Below the pieces are notes generated by a model. It ran no database searches. It had not been told where the DNA came from and saw only the letters and a list, made by a program, of their open reading frames with translations. DNA of 64,000 nt from an uncultured SAR86 cluster bacterium (GTDB lineage: Bacteria; Pseudomonadota; Gammaproteobacteria; Magnimaribacterales; TMED112): the NCBI GenBank assembly GCA_902585315.1, contig CACIDC010000001.1, forward strand, positions 102,520 to 166,519, written 5' to 3'. Position numbers and translations under genes: made by a program. Below, piece after piece: positions 26,553 through 35,940 of the stretch (position 1 is its first letter; every line of letters starts with the position of its first letter).

Positions 26553-28079
26553 ATGTCTAGATCTCTCAATCTGTCTAATTCAGAGTTAATAGAAAAGTCA
26601 GTTGCAAATAATGAAAGCGAGTTGACTCATACAGGAGCATTGTTATCGCTTACAGGTAATAGAACAGGCCGCAGCCCTAAAGATCGATTTATAGTACAAG
26701 AGAGCAGCACTAATGATAAGATTGATTGGGGTGATATCAACAAGCCTTTTGACTCTAATCATTTTGACAAACTATGGGAAAAAGTTTCAGCGTACTTGGA
26801 TGATAAAGAACACTATGTTTCAAATGTACATGTAGGATCTAATAAAGATCACTATGTACCAGTTGAAGTAAAATCTGAGCTTGCATGGCACTCTTTATTT
26901 TCCAAATTAATTTTTATATCACCAGAAATTTTTAATGAAGAAAATAAAGAAGTATGGAAAATCGTTACGGCTGCAAATTATGTTTGTGACCCTGAAGAAG
27001 ATCATACAAATTCAGAATCATGTGTAATCATAAATTTTTTACGCAGAAAGGTTTTAATAGCAGGAATGAAGTACGCAGGGGAAATGAAGAAATCTATGTT
27101 TGCTGTTCAAAATTTTCTTTTACCCGAAAAAGGTGTGCTGCCAATGCACTGTTCTGCAAATCAAACATCAGATAAAAGAACAACATTATTTTTCGGTTTA
27201 TCAGGAACAGGAAAGACAACTTTGTCTGCTGACCCAAATTGTTCACTTATAGGTGATGATGAGCATGGTTGGGGTGATGGAACAGTGTTTAATTTTGAGG
27301 GAGGTTGTTACGCAAAATGCATAAACCTTTCAAAAGAAAATGAGCCTTTAATATGGGACGCAATAAAGTTTGGAAGCATTTTAGAAAATGTGGTGATAAA
27401 TGATCAAGGTGTTCCTGATTATAGTGATAGTTCTTACACAGAAAATACTAGAGTTTGCTATCCAAGAAGTTTTATAGATGGGGCAGTGCCTAGCAATGAA
27501 GGTGATGAGCCTGATAATATAATTTTTTTAACATGTGATCTTTCTGGGGTTTTGCCTCCAGTGAGTGTCTTAAGTGAGGAAGCTGCAGCGTATCATTTTT
27601 TAAGTGGTTATACAGCAAAAGTAGGCTCAACAGAGATAGGTGCATCAAAATCCATGGATTTCACTTTTTCAACTTGCTTCGGCGCACCATTTTTTCCTCG
27701 ACCTGCAGGAGTATACGCTGATCTATTGATAAAAAGAGTAAAAAGAAATAATACAAAGGTCTTTTTAGTAAATACGGGCTGGACAGGTGGTGGTTATGGA
27801 GTAGGGAAAAGATTTCCCATACCAGTAACTAGAGCAATAATTAATGGTATTCAAGATAATAAAATTGACTTTGATAATCTAACTTATTTAGACAAGCTGA
27901 ATCTTCACATACCCAATGAGATTGAAGGTGTAGATTCAAGTTTTTTAAATCCAAAAACCTCATGGGCTTCTGCTGATAGCTATGATCTAGAGTGCGATAA
28001 GTTATGTGAAAGATTCAATCAAAACTTCCAAAAATTTAGTGTATCTCAAGAAATAATAGATGCAGGTCCAAAAAAGTAA
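26553..28079 (+). CDS. pckA: phosphoenolpyruvate carboxykinase (ATP)
   Basis: 508 aa. GRSPKDRF, GLSGTGKTTLS and IGDDEHGW motifs. Confidence 0.93.
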   Translation: MSRSLNLSNSELIEKSVANNESELTHTGALLSLTGNRTGRSPKDRFIVQESSTNDKIDWGDINKPFDSNHFDKLWEKVSAYLDDKEHYVSNVHVGSNKDHYVPVEVKSELAWHSLFSKLIFISPEIFNEENKEVWKIVTAANYVCDPEEDHTNSESCVIINFLRRKVLIAGMKYAGEMKKSMFAVQNFLLPEKGVLPMHCSANQTSDKRTTLFFGLSGTGKTTLSADPNCSLIGDDEHGWGDGTVFNFEGGCYAKCINLSKENEPLIWDAIKFGSILENVVINDQGVPDYSDSSYTENTRVCYPRSFIDGAVPSNEGDEPDNIIFLTCDLSGVLPPVSVLSEEAAAYHFLSGYTAKVGSTEIGASKSMDFTFSTCFGAPFFPRPAGVYADLLIKRVKRNNTKVFLVNTGWTGGGYGVGKRFPIPVTRAIINGIQDNKIDFDNLTYLDKLNLHIPNEIEGVDSSFLNPKTSWASADSYDLECDKLCERFNQNFQKFSVSQEIIDAGPKK

Positions 28080-28081
28080 AT

Positions 28082-29566
28082 ATGGTTGAAAGCAACCAAC
28101 AAAAAATTTCCAAATTTTTAAAATCAGACCAGGTAACCTACAAAGGTCTAGAAAAAGAAAACTTGAGATCTGATTTAGAGGGAAAGATTTCAAACAAAAG
28201 CTTTCCGTCAAATTTTGGCGTTCATAATTTTAACAGATATATCACTCTTGATTATTCAGAGCCACATCTCGAGATTGTTACACCACCGTTTGAGCAAAAT
28301 ATTGATGCTTACAATTTTTTATGTGACTTACATAAATATGTTGAGGAGAGTCTTGATGGTGATCTTCTTTGGAACTACTCAATGCCACCAAAGTTTAAGA
28401 GAAAATACATAAAGCTGCCTCCGCACAGAGAATCAAATGCAACAAAGCTTGCTCATCTATATAGGCTTGGTTTGAGAAACAGATATGGCGATAAAATGCA
28501 AAGCACAGCAGGCATACATTATAACTTTTCATTTTCTGATTCTGTAATAGAAGCTCTTGGAAACAATAAAACTGAAATTTACCTTGGTATATCAAGAAAC
28601 TTCTTGAGAGTGTTTCCATTAATACTGAGACTGATGGGCTGCTCTCCCGTAACTCATAAATCATTTTTAAAAGGGAGAAATATAAACATTGAAAATCTAA
28701 ATAGTGAAGACTGTTACTTGCCAAAATCAACTTCGTTGCGTGTTAGCAGGCTTGGCTATTATTCAGAAGAACAAGATGAGAATTTTATAACTTTCAACTC
28801 ATTAGAAGGATACTTAGGGACAATAAAAGACTACATAAATATACCAAATGAGAAATTTAAAAACATATCGCTTGATTTGAAACAACAAGTCAACAACGGA
28901 ACAATTCAAATGGAAAGTGAGCTTTATAATCATGTACGACCAAAAGGGATAATATCTAAGAAAATCAGGCCCTATAATCAACTAAAAAACCATGGAGTAG
29001 AATATTTAGAGATTAGATCTATTGATTTAAATCCCTACACAAGTATTGGAATTTCAATTGAAGACATTGAATTCCTAGAGCTTGTTTTAATTTATTGTGC
29101 ACTAGCAGATTCTCCACCAATAGATGAAGTAGAGAGTGAGTGTATAAAAGAAAATATTAAAAGATCGTCTGAGGCAGGGCAAAATTGTAATTTTATAAAA
29201 GATCTCGAAAATAAAAATGCGGAAGAATCAGCAAAGATATTAACTGAAAAATTTCTTATAAACCTACAAGATTTCGCAAAAGATATTGGGTTTAGCAAAA
29301 AAAGTGAAGGCCTATTCAGTGAATATTTTCAGAGAAATAATTTGCCATTATCTGAAAAACTTATAAATGATTTAGATAAATCAAAAGACCTAATATCTTT
29401 TGTTGTTAATAAATCAACTCCCCTTAGACACAAAATAAAAAAAGAAAATCTTTTGCTTTTCAAAAAAGAATGTAATTTCTCAGAGAAGCAATATATCCGT
29501 GATGAGAAAGAGGATAATATGTTGTTTGAAGATTATTTAAAACATTTCAGGGGAGAAATAGAATGA
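28082..29566 (+). CDS. gshA: glutamate--cysteine ligase
   Basis: 494 aa. LEIVTPP, GIHYNFS and EYLEIRSID resemble the proteobacterial GshA family. Confidence 0.85.
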   Translation: MVESNQQKISKFLKSDQVTYKGLEKENLRSDLEGKISNKSFPSNFGVHNFNRYITLDYSEPHLEIVTPPFEQNIDAYNFLCDLHKYVEESLDGDLLWNYSMPPKFKRKYIKLPPHRESNATKLAHLYRLGLRNRYGDKMQSTAGIHYNFSFSDSVIEALGNNKTEIYLGISRNFLRVFPLILRLMGCSPVTHKSFLKGRNINIENLNSEDCYLPKSTSLRVSRLGYYSEEQDENFITFNSLEGYLGTIKDYINIPNEKFKNISLDLKQQVNNGTIQMESELYNHVRPKGIISKKIRPYNQLKNHGVEYLEIRSIDLNPYTSIGISIEDIEFLELVLIYCALADSPPIDEVESECIKENIKRSSEAGQNCNFIKDLENKNAEESAKILTEKFLINLQDFAKDIGFSKKSEGLFSEYFQRNNLPLSEKLINDLDKSKDLISFVVNKSTPLRHKIKKENLLLFKKECNFSEKQYIRDEKEDNMLFEDYLKHFRGEIE

Positions 29567-30561
29567 AAATTTTGCATTGTAAAGAATATGGGCCTGTAGA
29601 TAATTTGGTTTGGGAAGAAATTGATATTCAGGAACCGCAAGATAATGAAGTGCAAATTGAAATAAAGGCAGCCGCTTTAAATTTCCCAGATTTTCTAATA
29701 GTGCAGGGTCTCTATCAGTTTAAACCTGAACTGCCATTTGCTCCAGGCAATGAAGGAGCAGGAACTGTCACAAAAATTGGTAAAAATGTAACTAAATTTA
29801 AAGAAGGAGACAGGGTATATTTTATGGCACCTTATGGTGCCTTCGCAGAAAAAATTAATATAAGTGAGTTTAGTGTTTTTCCCATCCCTGAAGACATCAC
29901 TTTTCAACTAGCTGCTTCATATCAGATGGCTTATGGCACAAGCTATCATGCACTTGTACAAAGAGGTGCTCTATCCGGCGATGACGAAGTTTTAATATTA
30001 GGGGCCTCAGGCGGTGTAGGTCTTGCTGCTCTCGATATAGCTAAAGCAAAGGGGGCTAGAGTTGTTGTTGGGGTCTCAACTGAAGAAAAAGCGCAAATAT
30101 GTCAAAACTATGGTGCTGACGATGTTGTTATTTATGGTTCAGGACCAAAAGACAAAGAAGAGGCAAAAGCATTTTCGGCTGAACTTAAAGCTAAAAGCGC
30201 TAAAGGTGGTTACGACATTATTTATGATCCAATAGGTGACTGTTATGCTGAACCAGCATTTAGAGCTATAGGTTGGAAAGGTAAATATTTAGTTGTTGGT
30301 TTTGCTGCTGGGCAAATTCCAAAACTCCCAATTAACCTAACTTTATTAAAAGGTGCTTCTGTTGTGGGTGTCTTCTGGGGAGCTTTTACAGGAAGAGAGT
30401 TTGAAGAAAATCAAAAAAACATATCTGATATTAATGAGATGTTGGGCAAAGGACAAATTAAGCCCTTAATTTCTAAAGAAATTCCAATGGAGAATGCAGT
30501 AGAAGCTATTAAGCTGATTGGCAGCAGGGGTGTTGTTGGGAAGGTGGTACTGGTAAATTAA
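29563..30561 (+). CDS. qor: NADPH:quinone oxidoreductase / MDR-family zinc-type dehydrogenase
   Basis: 332 aa. GASGGVGLAALDIAKAKGA Rossmann motif. MDR fold. ATGA overlap with gshA. Confidence 0.8.
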   Translation: MKILHCKEYGPVDNLVWEEIDIQEPQDNEVQIEIKAAALNFPDFLIVQGLYQFKPELPFAPGNEGAGTVTKIGKNVTKFKEGDRVYFMAPYGAFAEKINISEFSVFPIPEDITFQLAASYQMAYGTSYHALVQRGALSGDDEVLILGASGGVGLAALDIAKAKGARVVVGVSTEEKAQICQNYGADDVVIYGSGPKDKEEAKAFSAELKAKSAKGGYDIIYDPIGDCYAEPAFRAIGWKGKYLVVGFAAGQIPKLPINLTLLKGASVVGVFWGAFTGREFEENQKNISDINEMLGKGQIKPLISKEIPMENAVEAIKLIGSRGVVGKVVLVN

Positions 30562-30562
30562 A

Positions 30563-31186
30563 TTATTGAGAAGCAAGCAAAGATTTTATTACTAAAGACA
30601 TTGAAGAGCTTTCAAATGGGGCTTTAAATATTCCAATAACTTCAGCGTTAGAGTTTACAACTATCAAATGATTGGTGTGAGATATTATTCTTTGATTCAT
30701 ATGATTTTCTGCAGGTGCTAATTTTTCAACGCCAAGCTGATATCCTAATTTTACCACTTCAGGCATTTCACCAGACACGCCAATGAAGTCAGAATTAAAT
30801 GCTGTTACATAACTTTTTAATCTTTCTAGTGTGTCAATTCCAGGATCGAAGCTTATTAAATAATATGCAATGTCATCGCTCTCAACTTTATCAAAGATTT
30901 GCCTCATCACAGACATCATTACCGGACACTCTGTAGGACAACTTGAGTAACCAAAATATAGAAAATTTAGATTTTGTTCTTTAAGGTTTTTCTTTGTGAA
31001 AATATTTCCATTATGATCAATAAGATTAAAGTCTCTAAGCTCTTGGAAACTTCCATAACCGTAATAACCATTTACTTTCATTTCTTCAGGAGAAAGAATT
31101 CTTGGCTGACTTATTCTCCAAACAGAATAAACCGAAAGAAATAAGACAACTGAAAACAGTACAAATGTGAGTAAATTTTTAGACAT
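30563..31186 (-). CDS. SCO1/SenC family copper chaperone
   Basis: 207 aa. TM anchor. CPTECP (CxxxC). Lies at the end of the cox cluster. Confidence 0.8.
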   Translation of the reverse strand: MSKNLLTFVLFSVVLFLSVYSVWRISQPRILSPEEMKVNGYYGYGSFQELRDFNLIDHNGNIFTKKNLKEQNLNFLYFGYSSCPTECPVMMSVMRQIFDKVESDDIAYYLISFDPGIDTLERLKSYVTAFNSDFIGVSGEMPEVVKLGYQLGVEKLAPAENHMNQRIISHTNHLIVVNSNAEVIGIFKAPFESSSMSLVIKSLLASQ

Positions 31187-32039
31187 AAAGCATTATTATG
31201 AAATCTATATAAGTTGCCAAGAAGAAAAGCAGCATATATCTGACAGAGAAATTAAAAATCTTCATTGAAAGTTGGTTGTTTTCATCATTCAAATATGAAA
31301 TACATAGGTATATAAAATAAAAATTTAATGCTGTAGTAGAAATTAGGTAAAAATATCCTGTTAGGCCATAAAAAAATGGAGACAAAGAAGCTCCCAACAG
31401 CAGTACAGCATAAATAACCATTTCTTTTTTTGTTCGTGAAACTCCTTTTGCAATAGGCATCATCGGTACTCCTTCTTTTTTGTATTCTTCCATTCTATCA
31501 ATTGCTAGAGGCCAAAAATGTGGGGGGGTCCAAAGAAAAATAATTAATACCAAAATAAGTGGTAACAGCGATATTTCATTTGTAACCGCTGTCCACCCAA
31601 TTAGCGGAGGAAGTGCTCCAGACAGTCCACCAATGACGATATTTTGTGGTGTGGTCCACTTTAGATAGATAGTGTAGACCAAGCTATAAAAAATGAATCC
31701 AAATGTAGTTATTAACAAGGTCAAGAGATTAGAAAAATACAGCAGCATGCTTGAACCAACAAATAATAAAACGGCTGTAAAAGTTAAGGCTTGGGATAAC
31801 GTAATGTCGCCTTTAGCTAGGGGTCTTTTTTTTGTTCTTTCCATGTTTTTGTCCGTCTCTCGATCAAATATCTGATTTAATGCGGCAGATGATGCAGCTA
31901 AAAAAGCAAACCCAAGCAAGCTGCCAAGCCCCGAAAAAATATTTGAGTAGAACTCAATTGTTAAAAGCATGCCTACAAGAGCTGTAAGCGTTAAAAGTAA
32001 AACAATTTTTGGTTTACACAGATCTAGGAAACTTAACAT
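31179..32039 (-). CDS. ctaB: protoheme IX farnesyltransferase (heme O synthase)
   Basis: 286 aa, polytopic UbiA family. DRETDKNMERTKKRPL motif. Confidence 0.88.
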   Translation of the reverse strand: MLSFLDLCKPKIVLLLTLTALVGMLLTIEFYSNIFSGLGSLLGFAFLAASSAALNQIFDRETDKNMERTKKRPLAKGDITLSQALTFTAVLLFVGSSMLLYFSNLLTLLITTFGFIFYSLVYTIYLKWTTPQNIVIGGLSGALPPLIGWTAVTNEISLLPLILVLIIFLWTPPHFWPLAIDRMEEYKKEGVPMMPIAKGVSRTKKEMVIYAVLLLGASLSPFFYGLTGYFYLISTTALNFYFIYLCISYLNDENNQLSMKIFNFSVRYMLLFFLATYIDFIIMLYV

Positions 32040-32043
32040 TTGG

Positions 32044-33015
32044 CTAAGTTCTCCTAAAGCTTAAAAAGATCATAACCACAAAAGATAAAAACAACATAAC
32101 ACCTACTATATTGTGAGCAACTGCATTCCATAATGGAAGAGAGCTTAAAATGTTATTTACGCCTAAAAAGATTTGAATGGCCAATATAGATAAAAAACCA
32201 ATAACAATCGGTTTTGTTTCTTTTGACCAAAGTTTGAATACCAGAAAGATTGAATAGAAAAATACAATGATAGCTCCAATTCTGTGTGTTAAGTGAATAG
32301 CTACTCGAGCTTCATTGCTCATTTGGCCATACAAATAGTTTGGCCCAACAGACTGAAATAAATTGAAACCCTCTTTAAAGTTAGTATTCGGTATCAATTC
32401 CCCCTGGCAATATGGTAAATCTAAACAAGCTCTAGCAGCATAATTAGTTGATGTCCACGCCCCCAGGAAAATTTGAAAGATAATTAGAATGAACCCAACC
32501 AAAATAATTGGTTTGTTTTGTACCAACAATAAATATGAATTTTTTATCTTTAAGGATTTCATAAAAATTATTAAAAATAACGAAGTAACAATCATTGCCC
32601 CAAAAAGATGAGAAGTAACAATTAATGGATGTAGCTTTAAGCTTACTGTTAAATATCCAAAAATACCTTGTCCAATAATTATCAAAAGCAATGCAAGAGA
32701 CTCTGTTTTCATTTTTTGTTCTTTAAATGCAATGGAAACAAGCACAATAGCTAAGAGACCTAATGCTGCTGCAAAATATCTATGGACTACTTCTGGAATA
32801 ATTTTATCAATCTCAACGGGCGAGTCAGGATAAAGTGTCTCGGCGATAGCTATCTCATCAGGTGTGGTTGGAAAAGTAACAAATCCATAACAACCAGGCC
32901 AATCTGGACAACCCAGCCCTGCATCTGCAAGCCTTGTCCAAGCGCCAAGCCCAATAACTATAAAGCAGAATGCCACACCAATAGCTGAAAATGTTTTAGT
33001 ATTAAAAACCTTCAT
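32044..33015 (-). CDS. ctaA: heme A synthase (COX15/CtaA)
   Basis: 323 aa, polytopic. GLGCPDWPGCYG motif. Conserved His residues. Lies in the cox assembly cluster. Confidence 0.8.
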   Translation of the reverse strand: MKVFNTKTFSAIGVAFCFIVIGLGAWTRLADAGLGCPDWPGCYGFVTFPTTPDEIAIAETLYPDSPVEIDKIIPEVVHRYFAAALGLLAIVLVSIAFKEQKMKTESLALLLIIIGQGIFGYLTVSLKLHPLIVTSHLFGAMIVTSLFLIIFMKSLKIKNSYLLLVQNKPIILVGFILIIFQIFLGAWTSTNYAARACLDLPYCQGELIPNTNFKEGFNLFQSVGPNYLYGQMSNEARVAIHLTHRIGAIIVFFYSIFLVFKLWSKETKPIVIGFLSILAIQIFLGVNNILSSLPLWNAVAHNIVGVMLFLSFVVMIFLSFRRT

Positions 33016-33569
33016 AACAACACCTTGAGATCCTCAAAAATTTCACTAAAAGATAAATTGACGTTGAATTCTTCCATCAGGTTGGAAAAAGAGTCTATTA
33101 AAAACATAGATTTTGAAAAATATGGATTATTCAGCTGAGATGTAATTCTTTGTTCAAAAAGATTGTTTTTGTCATACAAAAAAATCACTTGTGGGAATTG
33201 TTCTTTAAGCTCAATTGCTTTCTCAAATTGCGTTTTATCCTTGTAGACGACAACCCTTCTTAGCCTATGACTTTCTCTCGGAAGAGTGAGTTTTAAACTT
33301 GTGGCAAGTTTATATCTATCCAAACTAAATGTTTTATTTTCAAAATCATCAAAATATACCAGATACCATTTGCCTGATGAAAAAGAAAAAGAATTGCCTT
33401 CAACATCTAATAAGTTCAAATTTTGTGTTTCAATTTGAGGAATAATTAGCTCACCATTATTGTTAGAACTAGAAGGCTTATAACCAAGATAAAAAGTTAA
33501 TGTGGACAAACTTATTACCAATAGAGGTGTTAATAGTATTATTAATGCAAGATACTTCTGATTATTCAC
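33012..33569 (-). CDS. membrane-anchored hypothetical protein conserved in the position between SURF1 and ctaA
   Basis: 185 aa. One N-terminal TM segment. The soluble domain has no Cys and no motif I recognise. A hypothetical gene occupies the same position in Pseudomonas cox clusters. Confidence 0.5.
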   Translation of the reverse strand: MNNQKYLALIILLTPLLVISLSTLTFYLGYKPSSSNNNGELIIPQIETQNLNLLDVEGNSFSFSSGKWYLVYFDDFENKTFSLDRYKLATSLKLTLPRESHRLRRVVVYKDKTQFEKAIELKEQFPQVIFLYDKNNLFEQRITSQLNNPYFSKSMFLIDSFSNLMEEFNVNLSFSEIFEDLKVLL

Positions 33570-34251
33570 CTTTTCTCCTATATGCGTATATCGTCAAAAT
33601 TATTAAAGCTGCACACAAACCAAACCATTGAATGGCATAACCTATATGTTTGCTTGCTGTCATATTCACAGGTTTCTCTATAGGTTGATATTTATTTACA
33701 TCTCTTATATCTAAGTTAAATAGAAATGGGTGCAAATATTTATCTTTCAACATTGGATATTTATCTATCAATAACGATGCGTTAAATTCTTGAATTATGC
33801 GGCTGTCTGATTCCTCTATGTTTTTCACAAAAGTATTATTTTGTTTGAAAAGAGTGGTTCCATATATTAATTTTTTCTCAGTTGGTATCTCAACTTCTGG
33901 CAAATTATTTTTAATGAGATTTCGTTCTATAAAACCTCTGTGAATAAATATAAAAGTGCCGTCATCATTTCTAAATAGATGGTATACCTTAAATCCAGCT
34001 TTACCATTATTTATTGCATTGTCTTCATAAACGATAGTATCTTCATATGTGCCTGTAGTTTCTATTGGTTGCCAATTATTTAACATTTGGTTTTTTTGTA
34101 GCGCAATTGGAGCAGATACCAATAATTTATCGTAATTAGCAATGATGAGTTTTTTTTCATTTGCTCTTTCAATCTGCCACATACCCAGGCTTATTGTGAT
34201 CGGAACAAATATAATTGCGAAAATTAATATCTTTGATTTAAAGTTATTCAA
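33562..34251 (-). CDS. SURF1 family cytochrome oxidase assembly protein
   Basis: 229 aa. N- and C-terminal TM segments. GMWQIERANEK motif. Confidence 0.75.
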   Translation of the reverse strand: MNNFKSKILIFAIIFVPITISLGMWQIERANEKKLIIANYDKLLVSAPIALQKNQMLNNWQPIETTGTYEDTIVYEDNAINNGKAGFKVYHLFRNDDGTFIFIHRGFIERNLIKNNLPEVEIPTEKKLIYGTTLFKQNNTFVKNIEESDSRIIQEFNASLLIDKYPMLKDKYLHPFLFNLDIRDVNKYQPIEKPVNMTASKHIGYAIQWFGLCAALIILTIYAYRRKGE

Positions 34252-34266
34252 TGTTTTAATATCCCA

Positions 34267-34479
34267 GTGTTAAAAACTATCATTGTTATTTTACTTATCT
34301 TAGTTTTAGTAAGCTTGGCCTCAAGCTTAGTGTTTCTTTTTATAGATAGGGGGAAGCCCGGTAAAAAAAGAATACTGTATGGTCTTGGTTTTAGAGTTAC
34401 GCTTGGTGCAATATTGTTGGTTCTCATAGTATATGGTATTTCAACCGACCAGTTAGGCAATGAAGCCCCTTGGGGTTAA
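34267..34479 (+). CDS. twin transmembrane helix small protein (DUF2909-like)
   Basis: 70 aa. GTG start. Two TM helices separated by a basic loop (RGKPGKKR). Opposite-strand position between coxC and SURF1, as in other gammaproteobacterial cox clusters. Confidence 0.6.
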   Translation: MLKTIIVILLILVLVSLASSLVFLFIDRGKPGKKRILYGLGFRVTLGAILLVLIVYGISTDQLGNEAPWG

Positions 34480-35396
34480 AGAATATAAACAAATAAGAAC
34501 AGACAAACCCAAACAACATCTACAAAGTGCCAATACCATGATGCAGCTTCAAAACCAAAATGCTCTTTATCTGTAAAGTGGTTGTATCCAGCAGATCTTG
34601 TTAATTGAGTTGCCAGGAATATTCCACCAATTAAAACATGCATGCCATGAAATCCAGTTAACATAAAGAATGTTGTGCCATATACTCCTGTGTTTAATGT
34701 AAGGCCTAGATGAGCATATGCTTCGTAGTATTCTAAAGCTTGAAGAATAACAAATATAAATGCTAGTAAAACTGTAATACCCAGCCAGAAATTAAATCTT
34801 TTTCTATTGTTTTCTTTGAGTGCCATGTGAGCAAAATGGACCGTTCCACTTGAGGTAAGCAAAACTATCGTATTATATAATGGTAGCCACGTTCCAAGAT
34901 TTCCTATGCTGTGTAAGTACATACTTTCGTCCGGACCTTTAGTAACAGCCTGATCTCCCATAAGACTTTCTTCGGGTGTAATCATTGGGGGCCATGTTGC
35001 TTCAAATTCTGGCCAAAGTAATTCTCCAGCAAGACCTTTATCGCCCTCTCCACCCAACCAAGAAATTGAAAAGGTTCTTATATAAAAGAGTGCTCCAAAA
35101 AATGCAGCAAAAAACATTACTTCTGAAAAAATAAACCATGCCATGCCATAAACATAAGATGTATTTAATTGTGGAGTATCAAGGCCAGCATGTGATTCTC
35201 TTATTACCACTGACCACCAATATGCAAGTGTTCCAATTACTGTGGCAACACCAATAAATAGTAAAGTTGTGCCTTTGCCCATCACCGCGTCTGCGGCACC
35301 AACACCAAAAAAGAGCATAGCTATTGCAAAAACTATTGGAATAGAACTGCTCTCTGGTACGTAGTATTTTTGATGACTTGTTGTATCAGTGCTCAT
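34476..35396 (-). CDS. coxC: cytochrome c oxidase subunit III
   Basis: 306 aa. FHGMHVLIG and WYWHFVDVVW motifs. Confidence 0.9.
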   Translation of the reverse strand: MSTDTTSHQKYYVPESSSIPIVFAIAMLFFGVGAADAVMGKGTTLLFIGVATVIGTLAYWWSVVIRESHAGLDTPQLNTSYVYGMAWFIFSEVMFFAAFFGALFYIRTFSISWLGGEGDKGLAGELLWPEFEATWPPMITPEESLMGDQAVTKGPDESMYLHSIGNLGTWLPLYNTIVLLTSSGTVHFAHMALKENNRKRFNFWLGITVLLAFIFVILQALEYYEAYAHLGLTLNTGVYGTTFFMLTGFHGMHVLIGGIFLATQLTRSAGYNHFTDKEHFGFEAASWYWHFVDVVWVCLFLFVYIL

Positions 35397-35940
35397 GGTT
35401 TGCTGCTAACATTTCCTCTCTTTCTTTTTCAAACAAAGTATATGATAAATAAACATTATTTACATTCTGACTAAGTTCTGAGTCTACATAAAATCTTACA
35501 GGCCACTCTTGTGTCTCGTAGGGCTCAAGAGTTTGCTCACTAAAGCAAAAACATTGAATTTTTTTTACATTTTCAGCAGCGAGGCCTGGTGATACTGAAG
35601 GAACAATCGAAAGTGTGAGTTTCTTATTAGTGTTATTAGTTGCAATGTATGAAGTTCTGCTTACTTTGTCTGTCATTACTTCTAAGTTTGTTTCAGAAGG
35701 GTAAAAAGTAACAGGCGCCGAACCATTAACAGTGCTTAAAAACCTTATATTCACCTGTCTTTCATATGTTTCATTATTTTTTTTAAAAAAGTCTGATGGT
35801 CCATAAATTTTTCCATTCAAACCAGTTACTTCACAAAATACGTTATAAAGTGGGACCAACATAAAAGAAAAAAAGAACATAAATATTACTGCACCTAGCA
35901 AGGATACGAAAACTTTATTCTTTAAAGGACCGCCACTCAT
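35386..35940 (-). CDS. ctaG: cytochrome c oxidase assembly protein CtaG/Cox11
   Basis: 184 aa. TM anchor. CFCF copper-binding motif. Confidence 0.85.
   Translation of the reverse strand: MSGGPLKNKVFVSLLGAVIFMFFFSFMLVPLYNVFCEVTGLNGKIYGPSDFFKKNNETYERQVNIRFLSTVNGSAPVTFYPSETNLEVMTDKVSRTSYIATNNTNKKLTLSIVPSVSPGLAAENVKKIQCFCFSEQTLEPYETQEWPVRFYVDSELSQNVNNVYLSYTLFEKEREEMLAANHEH

Noticed and set aside
34248-34460. A 70-aa minus-strand ORF mirroring the 70-aa plus-strand ORF at 34267-34479.
   Set aside because: The plus-strand product has the two-TM-helix plus basic-loop architecture of the DUF2909 twin-helix protein, and its position matches known cox clusters. The minus-strand product has no such features.
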